Below are positions 18,486-32,300 of a stretch of DNA of 58,811 nt, piece by piece. The position numbers and the translations under genes are program-made. A model generated the notes under the pieces. The model did not search any database and was not told the origin of the DNA. It worked only from the letters and a program-made list of their open reading frames with translations. This stretch comes from a virus (lineage: Duplodnaviria > Caudoviricetes). How positions within the stretch are numbered: position 1 is the stretch's first letter; each line of letters starts with the position of its first letter. The stretch spans positions 1-58,811 of the IMG/VR virus record IMGVR_UViG_3300001242_000005, one strand, 5' to 3'.

Positions 18486-20261
18486 ATGGTGAAACTGACC
18501 GACGAAGAGAAGAAAAAAAAAGATGAGGCTGGTAAACTCGGGATTCCTAGTGCTGCTGGAGTGGTTGCCGACACTGCAAATAATGCGGTTCGCGGGATAG
18601 ATTCATTCGTTGCCGACAAAATGAATGCTCTTGCCTCCCCTCAGAGCCACATGGAAACCACACCCAGACGGCTGGGACCGGAGATCAACACCAATGGTTT
18701 CGAAGCCGGCAACAAGGGCATTGGTGGTGGTGTTCTGAATCGTGCCGGAAATGCCCTGTCGTCTGTCGCGAATAGCGCCAGCGATATGGTCGGCGGGATT
18801 GACCGGGCGACAACCGGTGCCATGAACTCTCTTGCCGCGAAGGGCACAGCATCCAACCAATCACCAGCCGAGCCACCGCTTGGCGTAAAGTTTCCGCTGA
18901 ACCTGAACATTCCAGCAATTTCGAGCCCGGCAACAGACAGAAGGCGCAACTCGCAGGGAAGCAGGGACTACCAGGAGGGTAGGCGTCTTGCCGGGAGAGA
19001 TAACCCGGTAGGGGCTGATGTCACAGGGGACACGCTGGCGGGCGCTATCAACCAGCAGACGGGGATAGACCGGGCCCCCAGTGCAAGCCTCTCTCATACC
19101 CTTGGCCGGGCCGGGAAAGCGATGCTGCCGGCTGTAGTCGCCACAGGGGCGGCGGTGGACGATCTTATCGGGCTCCCGAAAAGGGCTTTTCAACGAGTGG
19201 GCGATGATATTTCAAGAGGTTTCAGCGGCGCTCCACCGAACACCGAAAGGTTCGTTGCCTTCCCTGCCGGCGAAGCTGTTGCATCTGGAAACATTGCAAG
19301 ACGGCTCGGACAACCGGCAGTCAGTCAGCCGGGGAGCGCTCTAGCCGCCACGGTCGACAACACTCTGGCCGGCACCACGTCAGCCAATACCATCAGCCAG
19401 CCTCCGTCCACTTCTCCCCCTACGCAATACAACCTTGTGGGTAAACCGACGAGAGGACCACTTACCGGCGATGCCGCAACCGACATCGCAGAGACAAGGG
19501 CTTTCCTCGCCGCTGATAATGAATGGCGGAAGTCACAGGGCGGAATGACTTCAAGCGAGTTCAATAGAACCCTTGCGTTCCCCGGCAAGGAAGGTGATGT
19601 TGTTGAGCCTCAACCACTCCCAGAAACAATGGAAGACAGGCCAAAGGGATTCACCCGCGAAGTGATTAACGGCAATCAAGTAAGCAGGATAAACCTGGGA
19701 GGCCAGGGCGGGCGGCAAATGGTTGATTTCGGCTCTCCGAATCTTTCGGGAGATCCGGTAAAAGACAAGGTGAGTATTGATGCGTTTACCGCGAAAGTTA
19801 ATGCATGGCGAGTGCTGAACGGATTAACCCCCCTTGATCAGGCCCAGGCAAACCACGCCAACGCCCAGGCGACAAATATCCCGGTTGCCGAGCAGAGGTT
19901 GGGGAGAACGGCGGGGATCGATGCGGAAGTGAAAGGGGTGGAGTTGGCACAGGCGAAGAAGAACCAGGCGCTGCTTGATCAATTGGATAATCCCGACCTG
20001 CCGGATGCTGACCGTACCCGCATAATGCAGAGGCTTGGTATGAAACGAGAAGATGAATACGATACCATCAAAGAATTTAACGAGCTAGGGGCTCAGACCG
20101 GTGAGCGCCTGTATAGTAAAAAAACCGGACTTGATGGACCCGGAGGCGGTCGACAACTCGCCACGCCCACAGCAGCGACCATAGCGAGAATGAAGAAGAA
20201 CAAGGGAAACCCTGCATATGAAGCAGAGTACAAAAAGCTGTTCGGCCCACTGCCTTATTAA
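18486..20261 (+). CDS. Low-complexity ejection-like protein
   Basis: About 590 aa, Ala/Gly/Pro-rich, directly before the giant gene; alternative start at 18474. Confidence 0.6.
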   Translation: MVKLTDEEKKKKDEAGKLGIPSAAGVVADTANNAVRGIDSFVADKMNALASPQSHMETTPRRLGPEINTNGFEAGNKGIGGGVLNRAGNALSSVANSASDMVGGIDRATTGAMNSLAAKGTASNQSPAEPPLGVKFPLNLNIPAISSPATDRRRNSQGSRDYQEGRRLAGRDNPVGADVTGDTLAGAINQQTGIDRAPSASLSHTLGRAGKAMLPAVVATGAAVDDLIGLPKRAFQRVGDDISRGFSGAPPNTERFVAFPAGEAVASGNIARRLGQPAVSQPGSALAATVDNTLAGTTSANTISQPPSTSPPTQYNLVGKPTRGPLTGDAATDIAETRAFLAADNEWRKSQGGMTSSEFNRTLAFPGKEGDVVEPQPLPETMEDRPKGFTREVINGNQVSRINLGGQGGRQMVDFGSPNLSGDPVKDKVSIDAFTAKVNAWRVLNGLTPLDQAQANHANAQATNIPVAEQRLGRTAGIDAEVKGVELAQAKKNQALLDQLDNPDLPDADRTRIMQRLGMKREDEYDTIKEFNELGAQTGERLYSKKTGLDGPGGGRQLATPTAATIARMKKNKGNPAYEAEYKKLFGPLPY

Positions 20262-20283
20262 TTATCTGTTCAGGCAAACATCA

Positions 20284-20312
20284 TTGCTCAAAACGCGATA
20301 ATTAAGTATTGT
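20284..20312 (+). promoter_or_regulatory. Possible internal promoter for the giant gene
   Basis: TTGCTC-17-TATTGT in an AT-rich gap. Confidence 0.4.
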
Positions 20313-20348
20313 TTGTTGATAAAAAATCAACACTGAGGGTTTAAAAAT

Positions 20349-23300
20349 ATGGCCGGATTGTTCGATGATACACAGGGCTCGCAAGGTAGCACCGGATTAT
20401 TTGATGACACGCAGGATGATACGCCTCGTGGTGGCTTCGTGCCGTCGGCCAAGAAAACTATCGGCCAGACAGTTAAGGGTATAGGTCAGGCTGCAGCCGA
20501 TTTCATCCCCGGCGTGTCGCAGGATAATGCGGTCAAGCGGTACGGGCAAGAGGTGATAGATGCCAACCCAACAGCCGTTAACTCTTTCAGTGACATCCCT
20601 GAAAATCCACTTAAAACCATCACAGAGGCAACTGGCAATGCCGCGCCTTCGATCCTTGGTATGGTGGGAGCCAAAGCGCTGGGAAGCGGTATTACCGCAG
20701 CTGCTCCATTCACCGGGCCAGCCGCGCCGGTTGTCGCCGGAATAGGGCAGGCCGTTTCCTGGCTTGGGCCAACGGCCGTTGCGGCTTTACCATCTTATGG
20801 TGGTATCCGCGACAAACAAGTGGAAAGCGATACCGTTGAGCCTGACTCTTTCAAAAATAAGGCTGTTGCCGCGCTTGGAGCAGCGACGGTTGGCTTTATC
20901 GAGCAGAAATTCGGCCCGCAAGATTGGGCGATGAGATTGTCCACCAAAGCCGGGCGCGATTCCGTTGCTAAGATGCTTGCCACAAAGACGCTGGGCGGAT
21001 CGGTTGCAAAAGGCATCGGGATAGGTGGTGCTGTTGAAGGTGGCGAAGAACTTGTCCAGAGTCCGGTCGAACAACTTGCTTCGTTTGAAAATCCTCTTAC
21101 CAGGGAGTCTCTGACTGATACAGCTTTCGGCGGAGTTATGGGTGCGGTCGGCGGCGGGGTTATTGGCGGTGGATTCGGCGGAGTAAATCATCTGGCCAAT
21201 CCCAAACAGTCGGCGGCGACCGATCCGGCTCAGTCGGGAATCGGCCAGCCTCCACCGGGCGCTCCTCAGCCACCTTCTCCAGGGACTTCTTCTGTCACCC
21301 CAATCACACCAGCCGATCCTGCCACCCCGACCGGACCAATCAGCAGAGCACTCGGAACAATTGCCGCGCCGACCACTACCATTCCGACTCAGCCGGGGAT
21401 CGATACGCCACCGGCCGCAGATCCGGCGCAAGTTTCTCAACGACTCGGCAATCCGATAATTCAGCAGACCGGTCCGGGGTCTCCAGATAACCGGCCGACA
21501 CCGGCAGGACCGACGGCGAGGCCAACATTCGACACCACTGCGCCGATTGGCGACAAGGTGAATCTCACCTACATCATTGCCGACTACGGCCCTGAAGTCG
21601 CAAGGGAGTTATCGGTGGCGAGGAAAGGCGGCACCCCGATATCGATTGATGATGCCGTGGCCGCAGTCGAGAGAAGGAAACAGCAGGGGCAACCAACAAC
21701 ACGGCAATTAGCAGAAACGCACGCCGAAACGCAAGAGTTTGATAAAGGTATCCCCCTCAACAGAACGTCATACCAAGAAATTAATGGCATAGGGTATTCA
21801 GAGTACACGAATCCTCAGACAGGTATTGTCGATGTTTATCTTTCCGCTTTCGGGGACAATGATTTTGTTGGATACATGCGAGTTTATGAGAATGGCAAAC
21901 CAACAAACAGATTCACGTCAAAACTTGAGAGACAGACGAGCAAGAAAGGCGTTACGAAAGAAATGCTTTCCAATATTGCGTCTATGCTCCCAGAAGGCCA
22001 CGAATACACTGAGAACGACACCATTTCCACGGATGGGCTTAGGCACTTTCAGAATCAGTTGCGGAATGGGTATGAAATCGTTCTTGACCAAAGCGGCAAG
22101 CCAAAAACATCAGCGGCGATACTCAGCGGTGCCAGCAGGAATAATGATCTTGGAATCGGGCAGACCGGAGACTTCACCAACCTTGAAGTAAAGACCGATG
22201 CCGATTTTACAAGAGCAAGCCAAGTTGTCGCCAAACTGATTGCCCCCTTTGGGCTCGACACAAGCGCAATCAGGAGAGTTGGCAACAACATCGAAGTACA
22301 GATGCCTGTCTTGAGAAGATCTGTAAAAAATACGCAGCAAGAAAATAAGCAGACACCAAGGCAAGAGGTGAGTCAAGAGCCGAAAAAAGAGATGACAACG
22401 GCAGAGAGCATCACCAAAGGAATGTCTGAGATAGCCGCAGGGATGGATTTAGGTTCAAGAGACCAGATGGCGGAATATATCAAGGCGGGCAAGATTGACA
22501 GGCTTACCTTTAGGAGGCCTGATTCAATTGCCGCAGCAAGGGCAAACCCCAGTTACAACCTCAAAGATAATAGCGATGGTTCTGTTACGGTCGTCGGGAT
22601 TAACAATTCAAACAATGAGTGGATCGGAGTTGCACCTCTTCGAGAACCCGTCGATATTAATGGGGCAGTCGGAAGGAATGAATCACAACCACTCGGAGTG
22701 GACCAGCAGCAACCACAGCAATTAGCCGACGAATCCCCAATCCCCACCACAGTCCAAATAATCGACCTCAAAGCCGAACATGGCCGCAAGGTAGGCAACG
22801 CCGTAGCGCAAGCCAGAGCGAACAAGGAAAGCATCTCTCTCCCGGAGGCGTATCGCCGGGCAGGCGTGGAGATACCGACGAACAACACCCCGAACGCCTC
22901 TGTCGCAAGCGCACCGCAGGGGGTTCCTTCTTCTCAGATCACTCCTGAACACCAAGCCCTTTCATCAATCCGGAACCCAAAATACACCACTCAGCCGACC
23001 GAAGAGCAGCGACCCATTTTCAGGGAGTTGGCGAAGAAAGGATTTGCCGCAAGCGAAGACGGGCTCACTTACTCGATCACCAAGAAAGGTGTGAGGCAGT
23101 TGAAGCGGTTGGGCGGTGCTGTTGTGGCTGGCAGCAATGAGCAAACAAACACCCAGACAAATACAGGGGGGAATTCCTTAGCAGTCAATACCGGCGCGGC
23201 TTCCGTGGCCGATAAAACTGGACAAATCGATGGACAAACAGGAGGTCCAATCAATGATAATCTTCAATCGAATACGGCTGAGATGGCCACTGCAGATAAT

Positions 23301-26300
23301 CAGCAAACCGGAAAGGGAATTTCTGGAGCGGCGGGTGGCGATATTGGAAAAAGAGGAAGCGGTGAATCAGGTCAGACGCAAACCGACGAAGTCGGCAGTG
23401 GCGGCGGCAATGGCGGGCGGGCAGGTATATTGCAGCAATACGATACCAGCGGGAACGGTGCTGACCGAAGAGGTAGTAAGCAAGGCGTGGCTGGAGATAG
23501 CGGAATCCCTGAAAAGGTCGGAAAACCTGGAGAGCAGTCGATTGAAGTGGATGGAGGACCAACTCAGATTCAAAAACCCGCCGATACTGATGGGCGAAAA
23601 CCGTTGCGAGAACCTGAGCCAAACAGTGTGCGAGAGCCTGGGCGAGAGTCGTTGGGAGAATCCGGCGCACAATTTCAGTTAAAAAATCAACCCGTAAATC
23701 GTCCGGCAGTCATCGACAACCCCGACTCGGTAGCGCACGGGCAGAAAGCCAACTTGGCGCCAAGTGAAGCCCAGAAGGAAAAAGGGAACTACCTCAAGTC
23801 CCATGTCAACCTGGACGGCCTTGAGGTCACCATCGAGAATCCGGCAGGCTCCACCAGATCAGGCACCGACAAGACCGGCAAAACATGGTCCGTGAAGATG
23901 GCCCACGACTACGGGTATATCAAGGGCTCGGTTGGCTACGACAAGGACCATGTCGATGTCTTCATGGTTCCCGGCTACCAGGGCGGCGGGGAAACGGCCT
24001 ACATCGTCAACCAGCACAACAAAGATGGCAAGTTCGATGAGCACAAGGTGGTGTTTGGCGCAAAGTCGGAAGCCGATGCCATGTCGATCTACAACGCCAA
24101 TTATGCAAAAGGCTGGACCGGTGGCAAGTCCGTTGCGGCTATGCCGATGGCTGAGTTCAAAGAATGGGTGAAGTCTGAGGGGCCGAAGAAAGGGGCGGTC
24201 AAACAATCAACCAAGGAGCAACCAAATGGCAACAGTATTTATCCCGATACCAAACAGAGCGGGCAGGCGGAAACTGGCAAAGTTGGCGAGGAGGCTAAGG
24301 CGCGTAATTTAAACGCCGATTTAAGCGCCGGCGCAAAGGAAGCTAAACCCGGGCCCAAGGCAGCCGAAAAACCTGGCGAAGTCACCTTTACTGTCAAGTC
24401 CCTGCAGACCGGAAAAGAAGAGGAGTTTACGGTCAAAGAGAATCCGGTTGCGGAATCGGCGCCGGCCAACTCGACACAGCCGGAAAGCGCACCATCGCAG
24501 ATAGCCGCAAAAGTACGTGAATACCTGGCAAGGGGTGAAAGGTTCTTTAGTCGCAGATTATTTGCATGGGCCGATGAAGCATATGGCGGGACGCAGGCCG
24601 AAGGCAAGTATACCCCGAAAGACGCTTATGATGCCCTTGAGCTTGGAATCAACCAATACCTTGCGGACGGCTTCACTTTCAAGAGCACCAACCCTGCCGA
24701 GCAGATTAAGGAACTTGAAGGCCTTCTCTTCATGGTTCCGACTCAGACCAAGCGGACCAAGGAGCAAGACGATTTCCAGCAATATTCGACGCCGCCGACA
24801 CTGGCCTTTGTCGCCGGGTGGGTTGCCAACCTCAAAAAGAACGACTCTTTCCTCGAGCCGTCGGCGGGGATCGGCGGGCTTGCTGTTTTTGCCAAAATCG
24901 CCGGGGCGAAGAGTGTAGCGGTCAACGAACTGAGTTCCAGGCGGCGTGATATCTTGAAAGAGATGGGCTTCGATCAGGTCTATGGTGAGAACGCCGAGCA
25001 GTTGAATAACGTCATGCCTGATTCCGTGAAGCCGACGGTCATTGTCATGAATCCCCCTTTCTCGTCAACAGGGGGGAGACTCAGCCGGAACAAAACCAAA
25101 TACGGGGCCGGTCATATCGAGCAGGCGCTGAAAAGATTGGAGCCTGGCGGGCGGCTGGTCGCGATTGTCGGCGAGGGCATGGCAGCTGACAAAACAACTT
25201 TCCGCACATGGTGGAAAGAGATTGAGAAGGAATACACCGTCCGGGCCAATGTCGGCATGAATGGCGAAGGATTCCGGAAATACGGCACCACATTCGACAA
25301 TCAGATCCTGGTGATTGACAAAACCGGACCGACGCGCGATACTATAGTTACCGGGAAGGTTGACACCTACACCGACCTGATACCACTACTTCAAGGGGTG
25401 AGAGATGCAAGAACCGCTACCGCTCAACAATCGACCGATCAACAGGCTGGCAAAGAAAAAGCTCCAGGAAGTGAAGCGGGAACCAAACCCGTCGAGACTG
25501 TATTGCCAACAACTCCTGCTGTGGGCAATGGACAGCGGGGCATTGCAAACGGAACCGGAGATAGAAGACAAGATCGGCCAGATGTCAAACTGGAAGCCGG
25601 AAACCTGGATGAACGAGGTAACGAACCTCAGTCAGGAGGAAGGGGTGCCGATATCGACAAGGGACAAGTCGCTGTCTCCGAAGGATCTGGCGTGGAAGCT
25701 GCTGGACCGGATCGAGAGTCTACACCGGATACGGACAAGTTAGAGACCTCCCGCAAAGAAAAGCAGCAATCGTCGGGCGATTCCATCTTCGAGGGATATC
25801 AGCCGACCGTTTCAATCAGGGGCGCAAAGCCTCATCCTGCTGATCTCGTTGAAAGTACGGCCATGGCAGCCGTCAAACTCCCGGACATCACCTATAGGCC
25901 ACGTATCCCCGTTTCGGCAGTCAAGGCCGGCAAGTTAAGCGATGTGCAGCTTGAGGCAATCACCGCAGCCGGCCAGGCACACCAAGACACCCTTCCGAAT
26001 GGCGAACAGCGCGGCTTTTTTATTGGCGACGGTACCGGAGTTGGCAAAGGCCGGGAGATTGCCGGAATACTATGGGACAACTGGAACCAAGGGCGCAAGA
26101 AATCAATCTGGGTGAGTAAAGATCGGACGCTTGCCAAAGACGCCAAGCGGGACATGTCCGGGATCGGCTGGGACGACAAGCTCCTCATTGAGCAGGGTTC
26201 GGTCAAGGCCGGCGAGTCCCTTCCGAAAAGAGACGGTGTGCTCTACACGGCATACTCCACCTTGGCGAGTGCGGCCAAGATCGGGCAGCTTTCCAGATTG

Positions 26301-29300
26301 CAATCCATCATCGATTGGGCCGGTCCCAACTTCGACGGCGTTATCGCCTTTGACGAGTCCCACAAGATGGGCAACGCCATCTCAATCAAAGAAGGTCGTT
26401 ATACCAAAAAACCGTCACAGATGGCCCTCGCCGCCCTGGATCTACAGAAGGCGCTACCCAAGGCCAAAGTGGTTTACGTGTCGGCGACCGGCGCCACCGA
26501 GGTCAGTAATCTGGCCTATGCCGAGCGGCTTGGTTTATGGGGGGCCGATACCGCCTTTGCAAATGCCTCAGCTTTTATTTCCCGCGTCTCCCAGGGCGGA
26601 ATTGCCGCGATGGAAGTCGTCGCAAGGGACATGAAGGCCATGGGCAGTTATCTTGCCAGGAAGCTCGCCTACAACGGCAAAAATGCGGCGTATCAGGTGA
26701 AGTACCGACGGCTGGAGCATGCTCTTTCAGGGCAACAGCGAGATATATACGACGAACTGGCCGGCGCATGGCAAACGGTTCTCGCCAACATTGATGACGC
26801 CCTGGCAATCACCGAGGCCGATTCCAATGGGCGCAGTCACGCATTGTCGGCTTTCTGGGGATCTCATCAGCGATTCTTCAACCAAGTACTCACGGCGATG
26901 CAAATGCCGTCTGTCATCACTTCCATCAAACAGGATGTAAAAGACGGCAAGGCGGTTGTCCTTCAGATCACCAATACCAACGAAGCAAGCACCAACCGGG
27001 CCTTGGCCAACACCGAGAACCTTGAAGACGTCGACATCACCCCCCGCGATCAGCTCATGCAGATGATCGAAAACTCCTTCCCCGTCCAGCAGTACGAACA
27101 ATATGAGGATGACGAGGGGAATATCAGGACCAGGCCAGTGGTTGACTCAAATGGCAATCCGGTCGTGAACCGTGAAGCCGTGGCGAAACGGGAGTCCTTG
27201 CTCAATAAACTCGGGAGTATCCGGGTACCGGACGCACCGCTTGACCAGATCCTCAATGTTTTCGGGGTTGGTGCCGTGGCTGAAGTAACCGGCCGGTCAA
27301 AGCGGGTCGTTACGGTCGATGACGGGACCGGACCGAAGAAGATCAGGCAAGGGTGGAGCAAGACGAAGGGTGTTGCCGACGCAGCCCAATTCATGGCCGA
27401 CAAGAAACAGATTCTCATCTTCTCCGAGGCGGGCGGAACCGGGGCAAGTTATCACGCCGACCTTGCGGCAATCAATCAGCGGCAGCGGAGCCATTACATC
27501 CTGCAGGCTGGATGGCGGGCCGATAGCGCCGTTCAAGGTCTTGGCCGCTCGCACCGATCGAACCAGGCGGTTGCTCCTGAGTATGTTCTGGTAACCACCG
27601 ACCTGAAGGGGCATAAGCGGTTCATATCGTCCATTGCCCGGAAACTGTCACAGCTCGGGGCACTCACCGAGGGAGAGCGCGGAGCTTCCTCTCAGGGGCT
27701 CTTTTCTGAGCGCGACAACCTTGAAAGCGAGTATGCAGCCGATGCGGTTGAGCAACTTATCCATCGTGTCCACCGCGGGCAGATCCCCGGCATGGACATC
27801 ACTATGCTTTCCCGCGAACTTGGTTTGCCGAACCTTGTTGACGAACATGGTCAACTGAACGCCACTCAAGTTCCGACCGTGCCGAGATTTTTGAACCGGA
27901 TCTTGAGCATGAAGATCGAGATGCAGGACAAGGTGTTCGACCTGTTCTCCACCTTGATGGACGCGAATGTGTCGAGGGCGGAAGAAAACGGCACCCTGGA
28001 CACCGGGCTTGAAACATTGAAGGCAAAGGGTATCAGGATTGTCGATAGTCAACCGGTCTACACGGATAAGCGATCCGGGGCGGTGACGGAGTATGTGCAA
28101 CTGGATGTCGATTACCCCGTCGATAAACTGGCCTACGACCCGCGACACAAGGTTGTCGTCAACAACCAGAGCGGCAAGCCATGGCAGCTTGTTTCGGAGA
28201 AAAGCACCACAACTGAGAGCGGTGACATTGTCGATGTCTTTGTTCTCAGGAATGGCCGGGGAAATCACAGAAACGTACTCAAGTCGGATTTCGGTGAGAA
28301 ATTCACAACCATAGCCAGCAACAAAGAAGCACGCGGGGCATGGGACAAGGCGCTCAAGGAATTACCGGAAACCGTTACTCAGCGTGAGCACCTGATCACC
28401 GGGGCATTGCTGCCGATATGGGATAAACTGAAAGGTCATCCCCGTATAGTGCGGGTGCAGGCCGGAAAGGAAACCATGCTCGGGCGGATTATTCCCGGCG
28501 AGAATATTTCCGAGGTCATGGCTTTGCTGGATGTCGAGGGCAAGGCGGTGGAGATGAGCCCGGAACAGGTGCAAGGCTCAGTGCTTGAGAACGGGCAGAC
28601 CATCACTCTTGACAATGGGTGGAAGATCCGGGCGAAGCGGGTTGCCGGCGAAAAGAGAATGGAGGTTGAGGGAGTCGGCTACGGAGATTACCGGGTCCTT
28701 GAAAACTACGGGGCTTTCACTGAACGAATCAATTACGTGACAAGGAACTTCATTCCTGTTGGCGAAGACGGAAATAGTGTTATTGAAAAAATTCTCGCCA
28801 ATCGCAAGATACTGACTGTGGTTGGTTCGCAGGGCGGTGCTACTCTCTATTCCAAAACCAACCAGCCATCCCCCTCGACATCCACCTTCATGGCCCAAGT
28901 CCAGTCGGAACTGAAAGCCTTCCTTGGTGCCGGCTACGACAACCTTGTGCAACGTGGCAAGTTGGAGATAGCTCGTAGCGCCGAAGAGCTCCCTGGCCCG
29001 ATGCGGAATGCTTTCCTGAAGATGGTCGCATGGCATGGCACCCGAAATGATGTCGATAAATTCAGCACTGAGAAGATCGGCACCGGCGAAGGGGCACAGG
29101 CTTACGGATACGGTTTGTATTTTGCTGGGTCGAGGGAGGTTGCCGAATGGTATAAAAAAATCCTTAATAATTATGACAAACTTAACGCATTAACTTACGA
29201 AGAAGACAGGTATCTTCCTGAGTTTATAACAGTTGAAATAATGAAATACGGTGAATACTCTGCCAGCAAATACCTCGACACCTATAAGAAATATTTACTC

Positions 29301-32300
29301 GACACTGACAGCCACTCTATTTCGATAAAACCAGAGAGGGTGAAAATAGTCAGCATCCTTGAAAAGCTTATAAAATCAGGAGATTATTCTTTCTCCAAGA
29401 AAGAGGGCAAACTCTACCAAGTAGAACTAGCCCCCGCCGAGGACGAATATTTACTCTGGGATAAACCGCTGAGCGAGCAGTCGGAGAGGGTTAAGGCGGC
29501 GGTAAAGACCGGTGCTGATAAATTTAAGGAGATTACAGACAGGGCAAATGCTCTCGAAGATACGGACGAAACGGTGCAAAAGTACCGGGACCTAATGGAT
29601 GAGAGAAAGAAATATGCCGGGTTTGCAGCAATCAACAGAAAACCAAAAGGGTATGACGGAAATTCTATCTACCACGCTGTATCTGACGGGGACAGATCAG
29701 GAGAGGCTGGCCGAATAGCTTCACAGACACTCCACTCCCTAGGTATAAGAGGAATCAAATACCTAGACGGATCATCCAGGTCATCCGGTGACGGCAATTA
29801 CAACTACGTCATATTCAATGACAGCGATATCGAGATCAAGGCAGTCTTCTCGAAGAAAGGCAAAGTCGTAGGTTCATATTTCCCGTACCAAAAGAAAATC
29901 GTCCTGTTTTCCGACGCGATGGCACCGGGCGATGCAAAACACGTATTCACCCATGAAGGCGGCCATGCGCTACTTTTTGAGGATAAAATCTTCCGGGCCC
30001 GCAAAACCAGAATCCTGAAGAACTTTGCCCGGCTCGCCCGCACCAGTCAAGCCGTGAAAGACGCATTCGCCAAAGTCCCGAAAGACACGGCAACCGGGTT
30101 GCGAGGTGAAGAGGCTATAATGTACTTCATCCAAGAGCCGAAGAACCACAACCATTCTATATTCCGGCGAGTAATATCGGCCGTCCGTGCCGCACTCTAC
30201 CGCATGGGATTGATGCAGGATATGAAGCTCAGCGAGTCCGATCTTGTGGCGCTATTCACTCAAGGGGTGAAGGCGTGGGCCAAGCGTGAGGTTGACCAGG
30301 ATTTGACGAAGGGCCGGGGGGTGAATGATATCCTGAATGAGTTTGGTGTCGGCCAGTTCGCGCAATCGGCAAAGATGCCCGTGAAGAGAGCGGCTCGGAA
30401 GATTCAGGGGATTGAGGCGTTTAAGAAGTGGTTTGAAGGGTCGGTCGTCACGGAGAATGGCAAGGTCGGCGGGGAGCCTTTGGTGGTTTACCATGGGACG
30501 ACTGAAAACTTTGACGCTTTTCAGACTGGGAATTCCGGAGCGTATTTCACCAACAAGCCAGAGGTCTCAAACGGGTACGCCGGCGGTGAAGGGAAATATT
30601 TTACTAAAAGCGCTGGTGTTGAATACAGAGGCAGAAATCTTGCCAGCGCGAAAGCCTTTCGTAAGCGGGCGATGGAACTTGAAGGCCATGACGGAATAAT
30701 CATCAAGGACCGGGGCCAGGTTATCGCATTTTCCCCGAATCAATTGAAGTCGGCCAGTGACAATACCGGAGCGTTCAGCCGGGATAATGATGATGTGCGG
30801 TATTCCGTATCGAGCAACCCAACGGCTCCGCTCTCCACCGAATCACTGGAAGAAGCGGCTAAAACGCTTGGATCATCGACCTATATCAAAAATAGCAAGG
30901 TCGATTCAACCTGGCTCGACCGCCTGCTCTCCACTCCGGAACATTACTTCAAGAAATTTGCAGCTGCCGGCAGGGTGCTGCAGGCGGCTCTTCTTCGCCG
31001 GGATATCCGCTTCGAGAACGAGCAGAAAATCCTTGGCGGCTTCGTGTCGTTCGTCCAGCAACTCAGGAAGGAAAACAAGGACGCCTACACCGAGGCCAAT
31101 GATTATCTGCTGGAGACAGACCAGGCGGCCGATGGTTTCCGGATCCGCTCCACCGATAATGACAGTTGGCAAGTTATCGCTCCAAAGTGGGCGGCGAAAG
31201 GCAACAGTACCGAGCTGGGAGAATTCACCGACGAGGCCGAGGCGATCAGGACCATGATCGAAGAAGAATCCCTTGCCCTGTCGATCAAAGGATATTCCAG
31301 GGAGGCCATAGAAGCCGTGAAGCAGGCCAGGGAGATGACCAACCGGGGCTTTGATGTCATGGCTGCAGACATGCGAAAGATCATCGCAGAGGCGAAAGAG
31401 AACGGCCTTCCTGATCCATTTATCGGCGACGGCAAACTTGATGAAGCCGGAAGGTATGGCGTGTATGCCGCAGGCAAGAAGAAACCGATAGCGCTCTTTG
31501 CTTCCGAGAAAGAGGCAAACGAGATGCTTGACCGGGCGGCACAGATGATCAGTTATGTGGTTACCAGCAAGAGCCGGGGAGAGAAGACCTTCATGAATGA
31601 ACTGAAGGCGAACAGGTGGGCAAAAGCGCACAGCGGGACCGTGAACGGGGTGAAGACATTCCAGAACCTCACGGTCAAGAAGCGCACCGACGCCGACTTG
31701 CGGCCCCTCACGGTTAAGCAGGCACTGGCGCAGATGGGCGACCTTCGCGGAATCTTCTTCCCTCGTATTCGTGAATCAGGCGAGTATGTGATGATTGCGA
31801 AGAAAGAAGGAGAAAACCCTATCCGCAAACACTTCGATATACCGACCTTTGACGACAAGAAGCCGACCCTGCAGAAATACCTGGGAATGGTCACGCCGAT
31901 GGGCCGAGAAATCAACAGGCTGAAGGCGAAAGGTTTTACGGTAACGTTCGAGAAAGACAAGTCGCCGGCAGAGGATGTCTTCGACGCGACCAACCTTATC
32001 ACTTCCCTTGACGCCATCCTACAGAGTTCGCTGACCACCATCGACCAGAACAACGAAACTGAGGTCCGGGCCGGCCAGCATATCAACCAGATTCTCACCA
32101 TGCAGGTTGCCGATATCTTCAAGAGTCGCGGTTATCTCTCCAGCAGGCTGAAACGGTTGGCCGGCGACGTGGTGTGGGAAGGCTACGAAGAGGACATGGG
32201 TAAGGCCCTTACCCAATACGGAAAGAACGTGGCGGCCGGCACCGCTAAACGTGACACCGCTCGGGCGATGGTCCTGGCTTTCTCCGGGCGTGATTATTCA

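Noticed and set aside
21826-31257. Other same-strand alternative-frame ORFs in the giant gene (21826, 24517, 26131, 30757 and others)
   Set aside because: No clear SD-ATG, Ser/Arg/Pro-rich shadow composition, and they overlie conserved domains, unlike the three retained nested ORFs
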